Source of the DNA: a virus
Length of the DNA: 23,820 nucleotides
Reading direction: 5' to 3' (one strand)
Virus record (IMG/VR): IMGVR_UViG_3300009537_000002
Coordinates: 1-23,820 of that record
Shown: in pieces, positions 1-8,192 of the stretch
Layout: each line of letters starts with the position of its first letter
How positions within the stretch are numbered: position 1 is the first letter of the stretch
Made by a program: the position numbers and the translations under genes
The notes under the pieces: model-generated
The model's input: the letters and a program-made list of their open reading frames with translations, nothing else
The model's database searches: none
Told to the model about the DNA's origin: nothing

Positions 1-422
1 AGGAGCTCTCCTTCAGCCTCGGTGAGGAGACCGAAGAGCTTGTCGCTATCAAATGTCTTCTCGAGTGTCCAGGGCACCACTACATAGCGATACCCAGCTG
101 CTAAACATGCCTCTTTCTTAAGTTTATCCCTAAACTGAGTAGCATGGAAAGCATCCACTGCTTTATCCATGTTACCACCAAATGCTACAGGTTCGTAGTG
201 TTGTTTGCCATGGCACTCAATGACAAGTTTCAGGTGAGGAATGACCCAGTCAAAACGATGTGCACCGTTAGGATAGGAAGTATTCACGCGGTTGACATGA
301 TACTCCTGAAAGGAAGGATACCCCTTGAATGCAGAGTCGGTACGCAAGACCTCCCCAACCACCTTGTGGAGACGAGAGGCATTCTTGCGGTACTTGTACT
401 GGAAACGACTGTCCTTGCTCAC
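1..422 (-). CDS. Vsr/DUF559-like PD-(D/E)XK endonuclease, 3' end outside the window
   Basis: Absent from the ORF track; translated by hand from GTG at 422 (GTGA overlap with the upstream stop): MSKDSRFQYKYRKNASRLH...HRFDWVIPHLKLVIECHGKQHY...FRDKLKKEACLAAGYRYVVVPW, open to base 1. The FD...IE.hG.qH and RD..K...C...G patterns are typical of Vsr-like nucleases. Confidence 0.8.
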   Translation of the reverse strand, partial: MSKDSRFQYKYRKNASRLHKVVGEVLRTDSAFKGYPSFQEYHVNRVNTSYPNGAHRFDWVIPHLKLVIECHGKQHYEPVAFGGNMDKAVDAFHATQFRDKLKKEACLAAGYRYVVVPWTLEKTFDSDKLFGLLTEAEGEL

Positions 423-610
423 AACGTCATCTCCCAACCCTCTGGGTCCTCGAAAATCTCCATGAAGATCTCGTCTTCATGAGCCATAGCAGCATCCATG
501 ATCTGTGCATTAACGAGAATGTCTAGCTCTTGGCGCCTAATCTCGCTTGGAGACTTCTCACCAGTCAACTCAGCGGCTATGTCCTTGAATCGCTCACGCC
601 CGTTAGCCAT
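419..610 (-). CDS. Hypothetical protein, 63 aa, acidic
   Basis: ATG start; the stop overlaps the downstream GTG; fits the gene tiling. Confidence 0.7.
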   Translation of the reverse strand: MANGRERFKDIAAELTGEKSPSEIRRQELDILVNAQIMDAAMAHEDEIFMEIFEDPEGWEMTL

Positions 611-921
611 GACCCTCTCCCTGTCGCAAACAATGTGTTAGCTATGGTGACCATATCGGTCAACTTTTTCTCTTCTGCGAATCTAGCTAGTTCGAGCGCA
701 AGATCATCATCCTTGATGAACTTACAGCTTGCAAAAACGTCTTTTGAGAAGTCTATGCTGGTGAGCACAGCCTCCTCGATGTACATATGGCCCGACTTGG
801 AACCACCGACACAAAGCATTACAATGAACTCTCGTAATCCTCGCGTGATCGTCCCCAAGTGAAGCATATGAGGGTTACCAGGTAGTCGGAAGATATTAGA
901 GTTCTTGACTCGGAATCTCAT
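577..921 (-). CDS. Hypothetical protein, about 114 aa
   Basis: Likely start is ATG 921 (MRFRVKNSN...) rather than 1077, which would lie deep inside the upstream gene. Confidence 0.7.
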   Translation of the reverse strand: MRFRVKNSNIFRLPGNPHMLHLGTITRGLREFIVMLCVGGSKSGHMYIEEAVLTSIDFSKDVFASCKFIKDDDLALELARFAEEKKLTDMVTIANTLFATGRGSWLTGVSDSRT

Positions 922-1273
922 CAGTCGTGGCTTCCTCTCCCTCTTGCTCGCGTGAATCAAACTTCCCTTCCAAAGTGTCGAGGAAGTGATTGTAGTCACC
1001 GCCAACAACATCCCTAGTGTTGTGAAGCACTCGAGGCTCCAGAAAGTCCTTGCAACAGACACATCGCAGCAGCACATAGGGAATCGTAGAGGGCTTGGGC
1101 GGAACGTCCTGACCCAGTACGATATTATGGTCTGCCTTGTACCTGCTGACTCTTACTTGTTCAAACCACTGCGAACTGCAGCTTGGGCAGCTGATACATT
1201 CCAGGTCTCTCTTCTCAAGATTCTTCAGTATCTGATTCTGCTGACGTTCAAACTCAGCGTATGTCGCTACCAT
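896..1273 (-). CDS. Zinc-ribbon protein, about 125 aa
   Basis: Start ATG 1273 (MVATYAEF) follows a purine-rich GAAGGAGAAGAAG RBS. Cys pairs CPSC and CVCC. Confidence 0.75.
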   Translation of the reverse strand: MVATYAEFERQQNQILKNLEKRDLECISCPSCSSQWFEQVRVSRYKADHNIVLGQDVPPKPSTIPYVLLRCVCCKDFLEPRVLHNTRDVVGGDYNHFLDTLEGKFDSREQEGEEATTDEIPSQEL

Positions 1274-1409
1274 CTTCTTCTCCTTCTTCTGGCTGATCTT
1301 CTTCAGACTTGATCTCGGGCAAAATGTCACCCGCTACCATCTGAGGAGCATCGTCATCATCCTTGAGGACACCGACTGTCTTGCCAGTTTCGTCTTTTAT
1401 CTTCAACAT
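1254..1409 (-). CDS. Small acidic hypothetical protein, 51 aa
   Basis: ATG 1409 in a TAATG overlap with the upstream stop; MLKIKDETGKTVGVLKDDDD...EEGEEDGSDIR. Confidence 0.65.
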   Translation of the reverse strand: MLKIKDETGKTVGVLKDDDDAPQMVAGDILPEIKSEEDQPEEGEEDGSDIR

Positions 1410-2119
1410 TAGATAATACACCTCCTTCTGTACGGGCAAGTATTGCACCGGTCAGAAATTATTGGATAGTCAGCACCTTGTTCGATTGCTCTCACAACCT
1501 GTCTGAGCATCCTCTCAGCTCTATCGAGCTCTTCTGAACCTGAGAAGATGACATCATCTTTGATGCCACCTCTAGGGCCAATTGTGAGCCTCTGGTAGCA
1601 GACTGAATCAACTTCCAGCTCACGGGCCAATAGCCACATCTGGCCTCTGACCTCTATGTCATTATATAACTGCCAGCCTGACTGTACAACACTGGATACG
1701 CTAACGATCACTGGTGGTTCACTCACCTTGATAACAGGAATGGTCGACTCGATAACAGTGGAGGAGACTTGGGCAAAGAGAGTGAGGCCAGGATAGGCTA
1801 ACGATTGGTCATGCAAAAGGGTCTGCCTGTACCAACTGTTCAGGAAGTTTAACACCTGCTCTGAACAGATTTTTCCTGCCTTCCAACCTTCTGTGTCGTC
1901 TACGTCAATGTCTTGAAAGACCTCACGGTCTACCCATCCGAGTACAGTACGCCAATCCGGCTTGAAACCCGTCTCTGTTGCTCTAGCGTAACTCTTTTGG
2001 ATGACTCTCTCTGCTATCTTGGCTTGCTTTGTCCGCTCGTCTGGGTGTTCACCCTTCTGATTGCGAAAACGCCTGAAGCAGAGAGAAGCATCTTTAATCG
2101 GGCCTAGTGTCGTTCTCAC
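1409..2119 (-). CDS. Cas4/RecB-like PD-(D/E)XK-fold protein, apparently catalytically degenerate
   Basis: N-terminal Cys (SLCFRRF) plus C-terminal CNTCPYRRRC give the 1+3 Cys Fe-S pattern. No recognisable D...D/E-x-K motif. GTG start is uncertain. Confidence 0.6.
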   Translation of the reverse strand: MRTTLGPIKDASLCFRRFRNQKGEHPDERTKQAKIAERVIQKSYARATETGFKPDWRTVLGWVDREVFQDIDVDDTEGWKAGKICSEQVLNFLNSWYRQTLLHDQSLAYPGLTLFAQVSSTVIESTIPVIKVSEPPVIVSVSSVVQSGWQLYNDIEVRGQMWLLARELEVDSVCYQRLTIGPRGGIKDDVIFSGSEELDRAERMLRQVVRAIEQGADYPIISDRCNTCPYRRRCII

Positions 2120-2627
2120 TGGTCTGTGTGTTTACCGTCACTTTGACGAAGTTGATCTTCTTGTCCTTGATCAGCTGTTGAAGCATGCGCTGATCCTTGG
2201 ACAGCCTCGAGCTCTTTCCAGTTTTGATGTCAACAAAATCGACGCGGCCTTCGTGGATAGTTCCGTCTGGTCTCATGCCTGCCTTATTGATCTCTGGGAA
2301 CTTGATACACATGAAGTCTACGATGTTACCCAGTGGAATGATCCTGTCATACTGTGCTTCGAGCTCAATGTATCCAATCAGCTCTCCGAGTGCACCTTTC
2401 TTGGTGTTGGTGGATGACTGGATAGAGTGAAGTACTTTGTTGGGTAGAGCTTGAATAGCTTGTTGCAACGGGTCCATGTTAACCGTCACTTGGGCAGGTT
2501 CCTGCTTACGTAGAATGTCACTTTGAAGAACCTGTGCCTGACTGCCTACCAGATTCTTAATACTCACGATACCGTAGATCAGTACAACCAACAGCACTAA
2601 AGCAGCAACGATAATCCATATTGTCAC
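2094..2627 (-). CDS. Membrane-anchored Holliday-junction-resolvase-like endonuclease (Endonuc_Holl-type PD-(D/E)XK)
   Basis: N-terminal hydrophobic helix (IWIIVAALVLLVVLIYGIV), a Q-rich linker, then KGALGE, LGNIVDF and FVDIKTGKSSRLSKDQR motifs. Confidence 0.75.
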   Translation of the reverse strand: MTIWIIVAALVLLVVLIYGIVSIKNLVGSQAQVLQSDILRKQEPAQVTVNMDPLQQAIQALPNKVLHSIQSSTNTKKGALGELIGYIELEAQYDRIIPLGNIVDFMCIKFPEINKAGMRPDGTIHEGRVDFVDIKTGKSSRLSKDQRMLQQLIKDKKINFVKVTVNTQTSENDTRPD

Positions 2628-3622
2628 AGCACAGCTCCTACGAACAGAGACACAGCCCAGCCTTCTGAGATAATGTAAGTCACATGCGGCGCCAACCAGA
2701 TGTTACTGAACAACGGCAAGTGTTGTCCTACATTAAAAGCCACAGGGCTAACGCCAACACCAGGGCGATTATCAGCAAGGTCGAAAGAGACACGTAGAAA
2801 CCTCCAGTCAAGATCGTTCACAGTACGACCGTACGCGAACGGAGAAAAGCCCAATGACCCACCAAGCGATAAGTCAGGTGGAGTAAGCTTAGCACCAGCG
2901 AGCGCGCCCACATCAATGTGAGGAGCCCACCAGAAGAATTGTTTGTCGTCTGGTTTTTCAACTACCACAGCAAATTTCGTTACCGGGACCTTCAGAATGC
3001 GCTCCTTGGTCTTGCGATCAATCTCCCACACATTGGCGTAGTGATTGATGGCACCGGATGGTGTATGAGACTCCACAAATTGGAGTTCAAAGTCCATCAT
3101 GAGCTCATATCTGTGCTCAAACAGAACTTCACGCTCAGGACCAGTGATGGGAGTGACACGAGTCTCCAGTTTGAGACGACTGTCCTCGTACTTACCAAAC
3201 AAGTGACTGACAGGTTGTAAGGTTTGTTCAGTAATAGCCTCGTACATCTTACCCCGAACTAGATTGAGCTCAGCAGGCACTTCAATCGTCTTGCCTTCAA
3301 CATAAACAACCTCTGTCTTTTGAGCCTTCGCTTTCTTTTTCAACGTTCTGTACTGAAACTCAAGTTCACCATACCGGGTCATCAAAGCCTTCCTGGCCTT
3401 GATCTCACTAGCAACATCCTTCTCAAGTTTGCCGATGTAGTCCTGAGCATCACCGAACTTAGTTAGTGCACGACCCTTCTCAAGATCGGCCTGCATCAAC
3501 TGCTTGTTCAGCTGGTCATTCGCATCCATCAGCTCAGCGCGGTCGCATCCAGCCTTACCCAACAGACCTAGACTAGCGGTCAGAGCTGTTGTCAGCAGGA
3601 TCGACAGTAGCTTGCTTTTCAT
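2624..3622 (-). CDS. Envelope protein: N-terminal signal/anchor, coiled coil, beta-rich C-terminus (spanin-like?)
   Basis: MKSKLLSILLTTALTASLGLLG signal, a roughly 70-aa helical heptad segment, and Gly/aromatic amphipathic strands ending GWAVSLFVGAVL. AAGGAG RBS upstream. Confidence 0.6.
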   Translation of the reverse strand: MKSKLLSILLTTALTASLGLLGKAGCDRAELMDANDQLNKQLMQADLEKGRALTKFGDAQDYIGKLEKDVASEIKARKALMTRYGELEFQYRTLKKKAKAQKTEVVYVEGKTIEVPAELNLVRGKMYEAITEQTLQPVSHLFGKYEDSRLKLETRVTPITGPEREVLFEHRYELMMDFELQFVESHTPSGAINHYANVWEIDRKTKERILKVPVTKFAVVVEKPDDKQFFWWAPHIDVGALAGAKLTPPDLSLGGSLGFSPFAYGRTVNDLDWRFLRVSFDLADNRPGVGVSPVAFNVGQHLPLFSNIWLAPHVTYIISEGWAVSLFVGAVL

Positions 3623-3719
3623 TCTTCTTCTCCTTCTTCTTTTCGAAAGTATTTGCCCAGTTGTCTTCTACCTGTTTATCAGGCACCAATTGGGGTCGTC
3701 TCTTACTACCTTTACCCAT
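3573..3719 (-). CDS. Small phage protein, 48 aa
   Basis: Below the ORF-track cutoff; hand translation MGKGSKRRPQLVPDKQVEDNWANTFEKKKEKKNEKQATVDPADNSSDR*. ATG lies 1 nt after the upstream TGA. The GKGS.RP...NW...F pattern resembles small proteins I recall from phage genomes. Confidence 0.7.
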   Translation of the reverse strand: MGKGSKRRPQLVPDKQVEDNWANTFEKKKEKKNEKQATVDPADNSSDR

Positions 3720-3720
3720 A

Positions 3721-3870
3721 TCACACCGTTTCGTGTTTAGGGAAGTACTCGTTGATGAAGAAGTCTTCGTACCCTTCTAGTTCTTCTTCAGTCAGACCGA
3801 ACTCACGCAAGTCCATCTTGTCCTGTAGCAGCTCATCGGCCGCCTGGAGGTACTTCAGTAAGGCCCACAT
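3721..3870 (-). CDS. Small acidic hypothetical protein, about 49 aa
   Basis: C-terminal part of track ORF 3721..4050. ATG 3870 (MWALLKYLQ...) follows GGGGAA and overlaps the end of the upstream gene. Start is uncertain. Confidence 0.5.
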   Translation of the reverse strand: MWALLKYLQAADELLQDKMDLREFGLTEEELEGYEDFFINEYFPKHETV

Positions 3871-4175
3871 ATTAGTTCCCCGTCCGGGGGTATTGGTATT
3901 CCGTAAGCCTCGTGTGCTCTTCTGAACCACAGGTTTCTGTCCTCGCAAAGTTCTGAGTCGTAGCTCGCGTCCAGACATGTGTTTGCTGCCGTGCGCCAAA
4001 TCTCTGCTTGCTCCTCGTAATGATCTCGGTGTTTCAAACATGTTGACCACTCTCTTTCAATAAATACAATAATCCGGCCTGAACCGAACATAAGCGAAAA
4101 GGCGATTATAAGCACGGAGCTTATAACCACCAAAACGCTTATAACTTTAAGCCGCTGGACGATTCGAGTTCGCAT
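3855..4175 (-). CDS. Predicted bitopic membrane protein with Cys-containing C-terminal domain, about 106 aa
   Basis: ATG 4175 (MRTRIVQRLK), a basic N-terminus, TM segment VISVLVVISSVLIIAFSLMF, then a helical domain with 4 Cys. It fills the gap after the primase-helicase. Confidence 0.55.
   Translation of the reverse strand: MRTRIVQRLKVISVLVVISSVLIIAFSLMFGSGRIIVFIEREWSTCLKHRDHYEEQAEIWRTAANTCLDASYDSELCEDRNLWFRRAHEAYGIPIPPDGELICGPY
4106..4145. repeat. Three TTATAA palindromes forming direct and inverted repeats
   Basis: TTATAA at 4106, 4121 and 4139; GCTTATAAC direct repeat at 4119 and 4137; inverted repeat TTATAAGC-ACGGA-GCTTATAA at 4106-4126. Confidence 0.6.
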
Positions 4176-6765
4176 AGACCCCATCAGAGCCACCGCACTT
4201 GTTGAAGATGTCCCAACCTTGCTTACGTTGCTCGTCATCATCCTTGTCCATGTCGAGGCGTTCCATCATCATGAACATGGCTCGAGCTGGTTTCCAACCC
4301 TTGTCACGAACAATCTGAGTGACCTCGTCATAGACAGCCTTGTGTCCAACTGAGTCTTCGCCTTGAGCTTCCTTCTCTTTACGACGCCAGTTGTTTACCA
4401 TCTCAGCAGTTGCTCCAATGAAGTAGGAGGAGGCTGGGAAGAACTGGAAGTACATCCTGTCCTTGAACGAGGTGATCTTGTTCTTGCCAACTTGTACTTC
4501 GATAACAGGAAGACGATCGCCCTGGTTGTCACGGTGGACCATGGTTGCTGCGGCGCCCTTCTCATGTAGCTCATTGTGTACGTGAGCGATGAGATTGGCA
4601 TCGTATTCAATCTGAATGGTCTCGCTGATGTCCTGGTTACCAGCCTTCTTGTTGTCCTGTGTCTTCCTGTATTCAACAGTCGTAATGACGCAAATGTGAT
4701 GCTTGGTAGCCAAGCCCTTCATCACCTTAGACAGCTCCTTGAAGCGGGTTCGTTCGTCACCACGGATATTCTGGAAGTCCGACAGCTTGTGGAAGTTGTC
4801 GAGGACATAGACGATGTTCCTGTCTGGGTACTTCTCCTTCATTCTACGAATGAGGTTGTCAGCGTAGGAGATAGAGATACCATCGTTTGCATCCTTAATG
4901 AGCAGGCGGCCACGTTTGGCCAGGTCAACGATATTGTTGTATCCCTCGTTACGGTCCTCGTGAACCAGAGAATCAATGGAATCACGAGCTGCATAGTTGG
5001 GATTCATCACATGATTGAGCTCAAGTCGCGTGTTGCCCTTACCTAGGCAGATGAACTTCGGTAGTACCTGTTCGAAGGTATCGTCGATGGTATGATAGAT
5101 GACACACGCATCATTGTCCTTCTCTTTGGTAGCAATATCCCACATAAGCTTACACATGAAAGAAGTTTTACCCGAGTTAGGTTTGCCACCAATGACCATC
5201 CACACATCCTTCTTCCAGTTGCCCGCAAGATTGTTCTGGAGTTCATGAAGATCAGTAGAGAGGACAAAGCCTGTGAATGATCCGTCCAGGCCCTCTTCGT
5301 AATCTTTCTGTTCCAGAATACGAGAGACAAAGGCATCTTCACTGAATGCATCTTCCTCATACTTCCTGGCAATGTCATACAGGTTAACATCAGCCTCATG
5401 AAGGAAGTGTTGAATGTTCAAAGGATCACGCTTGATCTCCGTGGCCAGCTTGTCGGCAATGTTCTGCATCTCTCGAGTCTTAGCTGCGTCCTTGACGTTC
5501 TGGAGCCTGTTGAGTTCACGTTGGACGGTCTTCAGGGTGTAGCCAGTCATCTGAGCTAGCTCATGACACATCTTTTCCTGCTTGATGTAGGAGGTCTCGT
5601 TGACGATGAGCGGAATCATGCTCGTGCAGACCATCTCAGAGTCAGCGTCATCGCCAAACTGATTGAGTCTCCACTTGAAAGCAGAGTGCTGAATGAGCTT
5701 CTTGAACTTCTCTACACCATGCTCACCGATGAAATCGTCAGGGTCCTTTCCTTGGGGGATAATAACGATTCGCACTTTGAGGTCCTTATGACCTGACAGC
5801 ACGTTGTCGAGTAGTCTAGCAGTAGCTTCCTGTCCAGCCTTGTCACCGTCCAAGCAAAGCACAACGTCGTAGATGTTATGATCTTTGAGGACGTAGATGT
5901 GATCTTGAGTTAGAGCAGTGCCGCCAATAGCAGCGCAATTCCAAAATCCATGCTCATTCGCAGTAGCCACATCACCATACCCTTCAAAGATGTAAAGGGG
6001 AGTAGACTTACGACCTTTCTTTTCAAGAAAGCGATCAAAGCCGAATAGACGCTTGGACTTCTGGTAGATGTTGCACTTAACACCAGTGCTCTTTTGATTG
6101 ACATACTTTGCACCCTTTCCTTCTACGTGGTTCAGGTCTCTGGAGGCGAATCCGACAGGTCGTCCATCACCATCACGAATCGTGAAGACGAGTCGCTCAG
6201 CTCCAAAGATTGCTTCTCGGTTGAGGTCAACTTCGTTAAGGAATTGAGCTGTGAAACCAGCCTGCTTAAGGCTATCTCTGAAGCTACGATAGTCGTGGAC
6301 AGATCCGATTCCAAGGTCACGACATGTCCCTGGACTCCATCCACGTTCCCCAATTGCTTCGTTAAATCTATCAGCCTGTTTGCCACCGATAACAAGCTCA
6401 CTTGCAATTCGGTAAGCTCGGTATGTGTCAAGCTCGTACAGCTCTTCTTCTGTGAGGGGCTCATGTTCCAATGGTACCCCATACTTCTCAGCTAGGAAAG
6501 GGAGTGTTTCAGTAATGAAACCCTGACCGCTGATAGGTAGGCCCTCAAGTTGAGATACTGCATTGAAGATGGTACCAGAAGCACCACAACCAAAACAGTT
6601 CCATGCGTCACCAGAAGGGACGATGCCACAACTGGGATTGGAGTCTTCATGCTCGGGGGTTAAGCAGGAGAATAGCTTCTTTGTATTGAAACCCTTCTCT
6701 TGTAGATAGTCTTCGAGGCGCGGATAGATAGCATCTACCGCCTGTTGATAGTTACGAACTCTCAT
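4147..6765 (-). CDS. Fused DNA primase-helicase (DnaG CHC2 zinc finger + TOPRIM + DnaB-like SF4 helicase), 872 aa
   Basis: CLTPEHEDSNPS...CFGC zinc finger; GFASR and KYVN; FEGYGDV, GGTALT, LCLDGDKAG and KDPDDFI TOPRIM motifs; Walker A GGKPNSGKTS; VLDNFHKL; IEYDAN. Confidence 0.95.
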   Translation of the reverse strand: MRVRNYQQAVDAIYPRLEDYLQEKGFNTKKLFSCLTPEHEDSNPSCGIVPSGDAWNCFGCGASGTIFNAVSQLEGLPISGQGFITETLPFLAEKYGVPLEHEPLTEEELYELDTYRAYRIASELVIGGKQADRFNEAIGERGWSPGTCRDLGIGSVHDYRSFRDSLKQAGFTAQFLNEVDLNREAIFGAERLVFTIRDGDGRPVGFASRDLNHVEGKGAKYVNQKSTGVKCNIYQKSKRLFGFDRFLEKKGRKSTPLYIFEGYGDVATANEHGFWNCAAIGGTALTQDHIYVLKDHNIYDVVLCLDGDKAGQEATARLLDNVLSGHKDLKVRIVIIPQGKDPDDFIGEHGVEKFKKLIQHSAFKWRLNQFGDDADSEMVCTSMIPLIVNETSYIKQEKMCHELAQMTGYTLKTVQRELNRLQNVKDAAKTREMQNIADKLATEIKRDPLNIQHFLHEADVNLYDIARKYEEDAFSEDAFVSRILEQKDYEEGLDGSFTGFVLSTDLHELQNNLAGNWKKDVWMVIGGKPNSGKTSFMCKLMWDIATKEKDNDACVIYHTIDDTFEQVLPKFICLGKGNTRLELNHVMNPNYAARDSIDSLVHEDRNEGYNNIVDLAKRGRLLIKDANDGISISYADNLIRRMKEKYPDRNIVYVLDNFHKLSDFQNIRGDERTRFKELSKVMKGLATKHHICVITTVEYRKTQDNKKAGNQDISETIQIEYDANLIAHVHNELHEKGAAATMVHRDNQGDRLPVIEVQVGKNKITSFKDRMYFQFFPASSYFIGATAEMVNNWRRKEKEAQGEDSVGHKAVYDEVTQIVRDKGWKPARAMFMMMERLDMDKDDDEQRKQGWDIFNKCGGSDGVYANSNRPAA

Positions 6766-6777
6766 TGTCTTTCCTGT

Positions 6778-7677
6778 CTAGGCTAGTAGCCTTTGATTCT
6801 TGTAGCTCTGCCCTTGGTTACAAAACGGAAGGGCAGCACAGTAGTTGCAACGTCTGACTTTAGCTGGTCGATCCTGGATGAATCCAGCAATCTTCTTCGT
6901 TCTCATGTACGTTTCAGCTTCTTGTCTTGTGTCACATAGTTTAGTTGCTCTCTTACCACCACGCTTCATGACTGCAAACTTGTCGTCGCTCATCCAGAGC
7001 TCTTCACGAGTGCAGCCAGGAAGATCATCATCAGACAGGTCCTTGTTCGCCTCAATAAGCTCGAGCCTGGATAGAATCCACTCCTCGATCTCTTCGAGTG
7101 ACATCAATTCAATGCGATGTCCTGGAGCAATTCGCTGCTGAGGATACTTGTTGTCTTGCTTCGCCTTCGACGACTGCCAGTCAGTGAAGAAGAAGTCAAT
7201 GAATCCATGGTCAGTAACAGAATAGTCTAGAGACAACAGCCACCTGTAGACGGATAGCTGCAGTCTGTAATCGTCGTCCTTTCCTCCATAGATGAAAGCC
7301 CACACGGATGTGGTCTTAACGTCTCGAAGGGTAACAGTACCATCCTCATTGTGTTCGAGGATATCGTACTTGCCAGTGACTTCGTACTCAATGTCTCCAA
7401 CCATAATGGTTCGAAGAGCACGCTGTTCCTTTTGAACATTCTCAGTTCGGACCTTCTCAATCGAATCGTGAATAGCGCTTCCCACGCTAGCAGCTACTCG
7501 ATCAGACACATCAGTCTCCAACTCTTCTCTGTGACGCACCGTGATCAGATGAGCTCGAGTTGGCTTCATCATAGTGGTTGCACTGATGGTCAGCGGATTG
7601 TAGTTGTGATCGTAGTCGTCGTGGATTAGCCAGTCTACTATGTACTGAGGATAGTTCAGCTTATTTGTAAATTCCAT
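6778..7677 (-). CDS. Cas4/RecB-like PD-(D/E)XK exonuclease
   Basis: GSAIHDSIE, VTGKYD, DVKTT and QLSVY motifs, with C-terminal RCNYCAALPFC. Confidence 0.85.
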   Translation of the reverse strand: MEFTNKLNYPQYIVDWLIHDDYDHNYNPLTISATTMMKPTRAHLITVRHREELETDVSDRVAASVGSAIHDSIEKVRTENVQKEQRALRTIMVGDIEYEVTGKYDILEHNEDGTVTLRDVKTTSVWAFIYGGKDDDYRLQLSVYRWLLSLDYSVTDHGFIDFFFTDWQSSKAKQDNKYPQQRIAPGHRIELMSLEEIEEWILSRLELIEANKDLSDDDLPGCTREELWMSDDKFAVMKRGGKRATKLCDTRQEAETYMRTKKIAGFIQDRPAKVRRCNYCAALPFCNQGQSYKNQRLLA

Positions 7678-7689
7678 GTCTCTCTAATC

Positions 7690-7902
7690 TTAAGGTGCAG
7701 TCTCAAGAGCAGCTACTTTGCTCTCAAGAGTCGTCACTCGCGTCTGGAGATCGTCAATCTCACTCTGGCGAATATTGAGCAAGGCCACCAATTGGGCCTT
7801 TGTAGGCTGATTGTTCACCGCCGTCTGCAGGTCGTTGAGAGCTCTCTCAATGGCCAGGAAACGGTTCTCAATAGCATTTGCTTCTGCTGGTGAGAGTGCC
7901 AT
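7690..7902 (-). CDS. Coiled-coil protein, 70 aa
   Basis: ATG 7902 in a TAATG overlap; MALSPAEANAIENRFLAIERALNDLQ...LQTRVTTLESKVAALE heptads. Confidence 0.75.
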   Translation of the reverse strand: MALSPAEANAIENRFLAIERALNDLQTAVNNQPTKAQLVALLNIRQSEIDDLQTRVTTLESKVAALETAP

Positions 7903-8192
7903 TACCTTTCTCCTGCCGCTGGTGGTGGACCTTGTTGAATTGTCGGTCTTCCTGCACCGACAGTCAAGCCATCCTTCTTCCCGATGGACCATTTATTCGC
8001 AACGTTTCCGCCGCAGTAGACAAAAAGTACTCCAAGCACAGCTGTGATCAGCTCACTGTACAGCTTAACGAAGACTGGGTTGAGACCTGCTACCCCAAAG
8101 CCCGCTAGGAGGACAAAGAGACAGATGATAGACATTCTGTACTTGCGGCCATCGGGAATGCTAGGAGTTTTGATCTTCTTTCTAAAAGCCAT
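7902..8192 (-). CDS. Two-TM holin-like membrane protein, about 96 aa
   Basis: ATG 8192 in a TAATG overlap. Basic N-terminus, RKY followed by two hydrophobic helices, YCGGNVANKW, and a hydrophilic tail. Confidence 0.55.
   Translation of the reverse strand: MAFRKKIKTPSIPDGRKYRMSIICLFVLLAGFGVAGLNPVFVKLYSELITAVLGVLFVYCGGNVANKWSIGKKDGLTVGAGRPTIQQGPPPAAGER

Noticed and set aside
3871-4050. N-terminal extension of track ORF 3721..4050
   Set aside because: It overlaps the more protein-like TM ORF 3855..4175 in another frame, so the downstream ATG at 3870 is preferred (not certain).
1409-7677. CRISPR-Cas system suggested by the Cas4-like proteins
   Set aside because: No repeat-spacer array and no cas1, cas2 or effector genes are seen; solo Cas4-like nucleases are common in phages.
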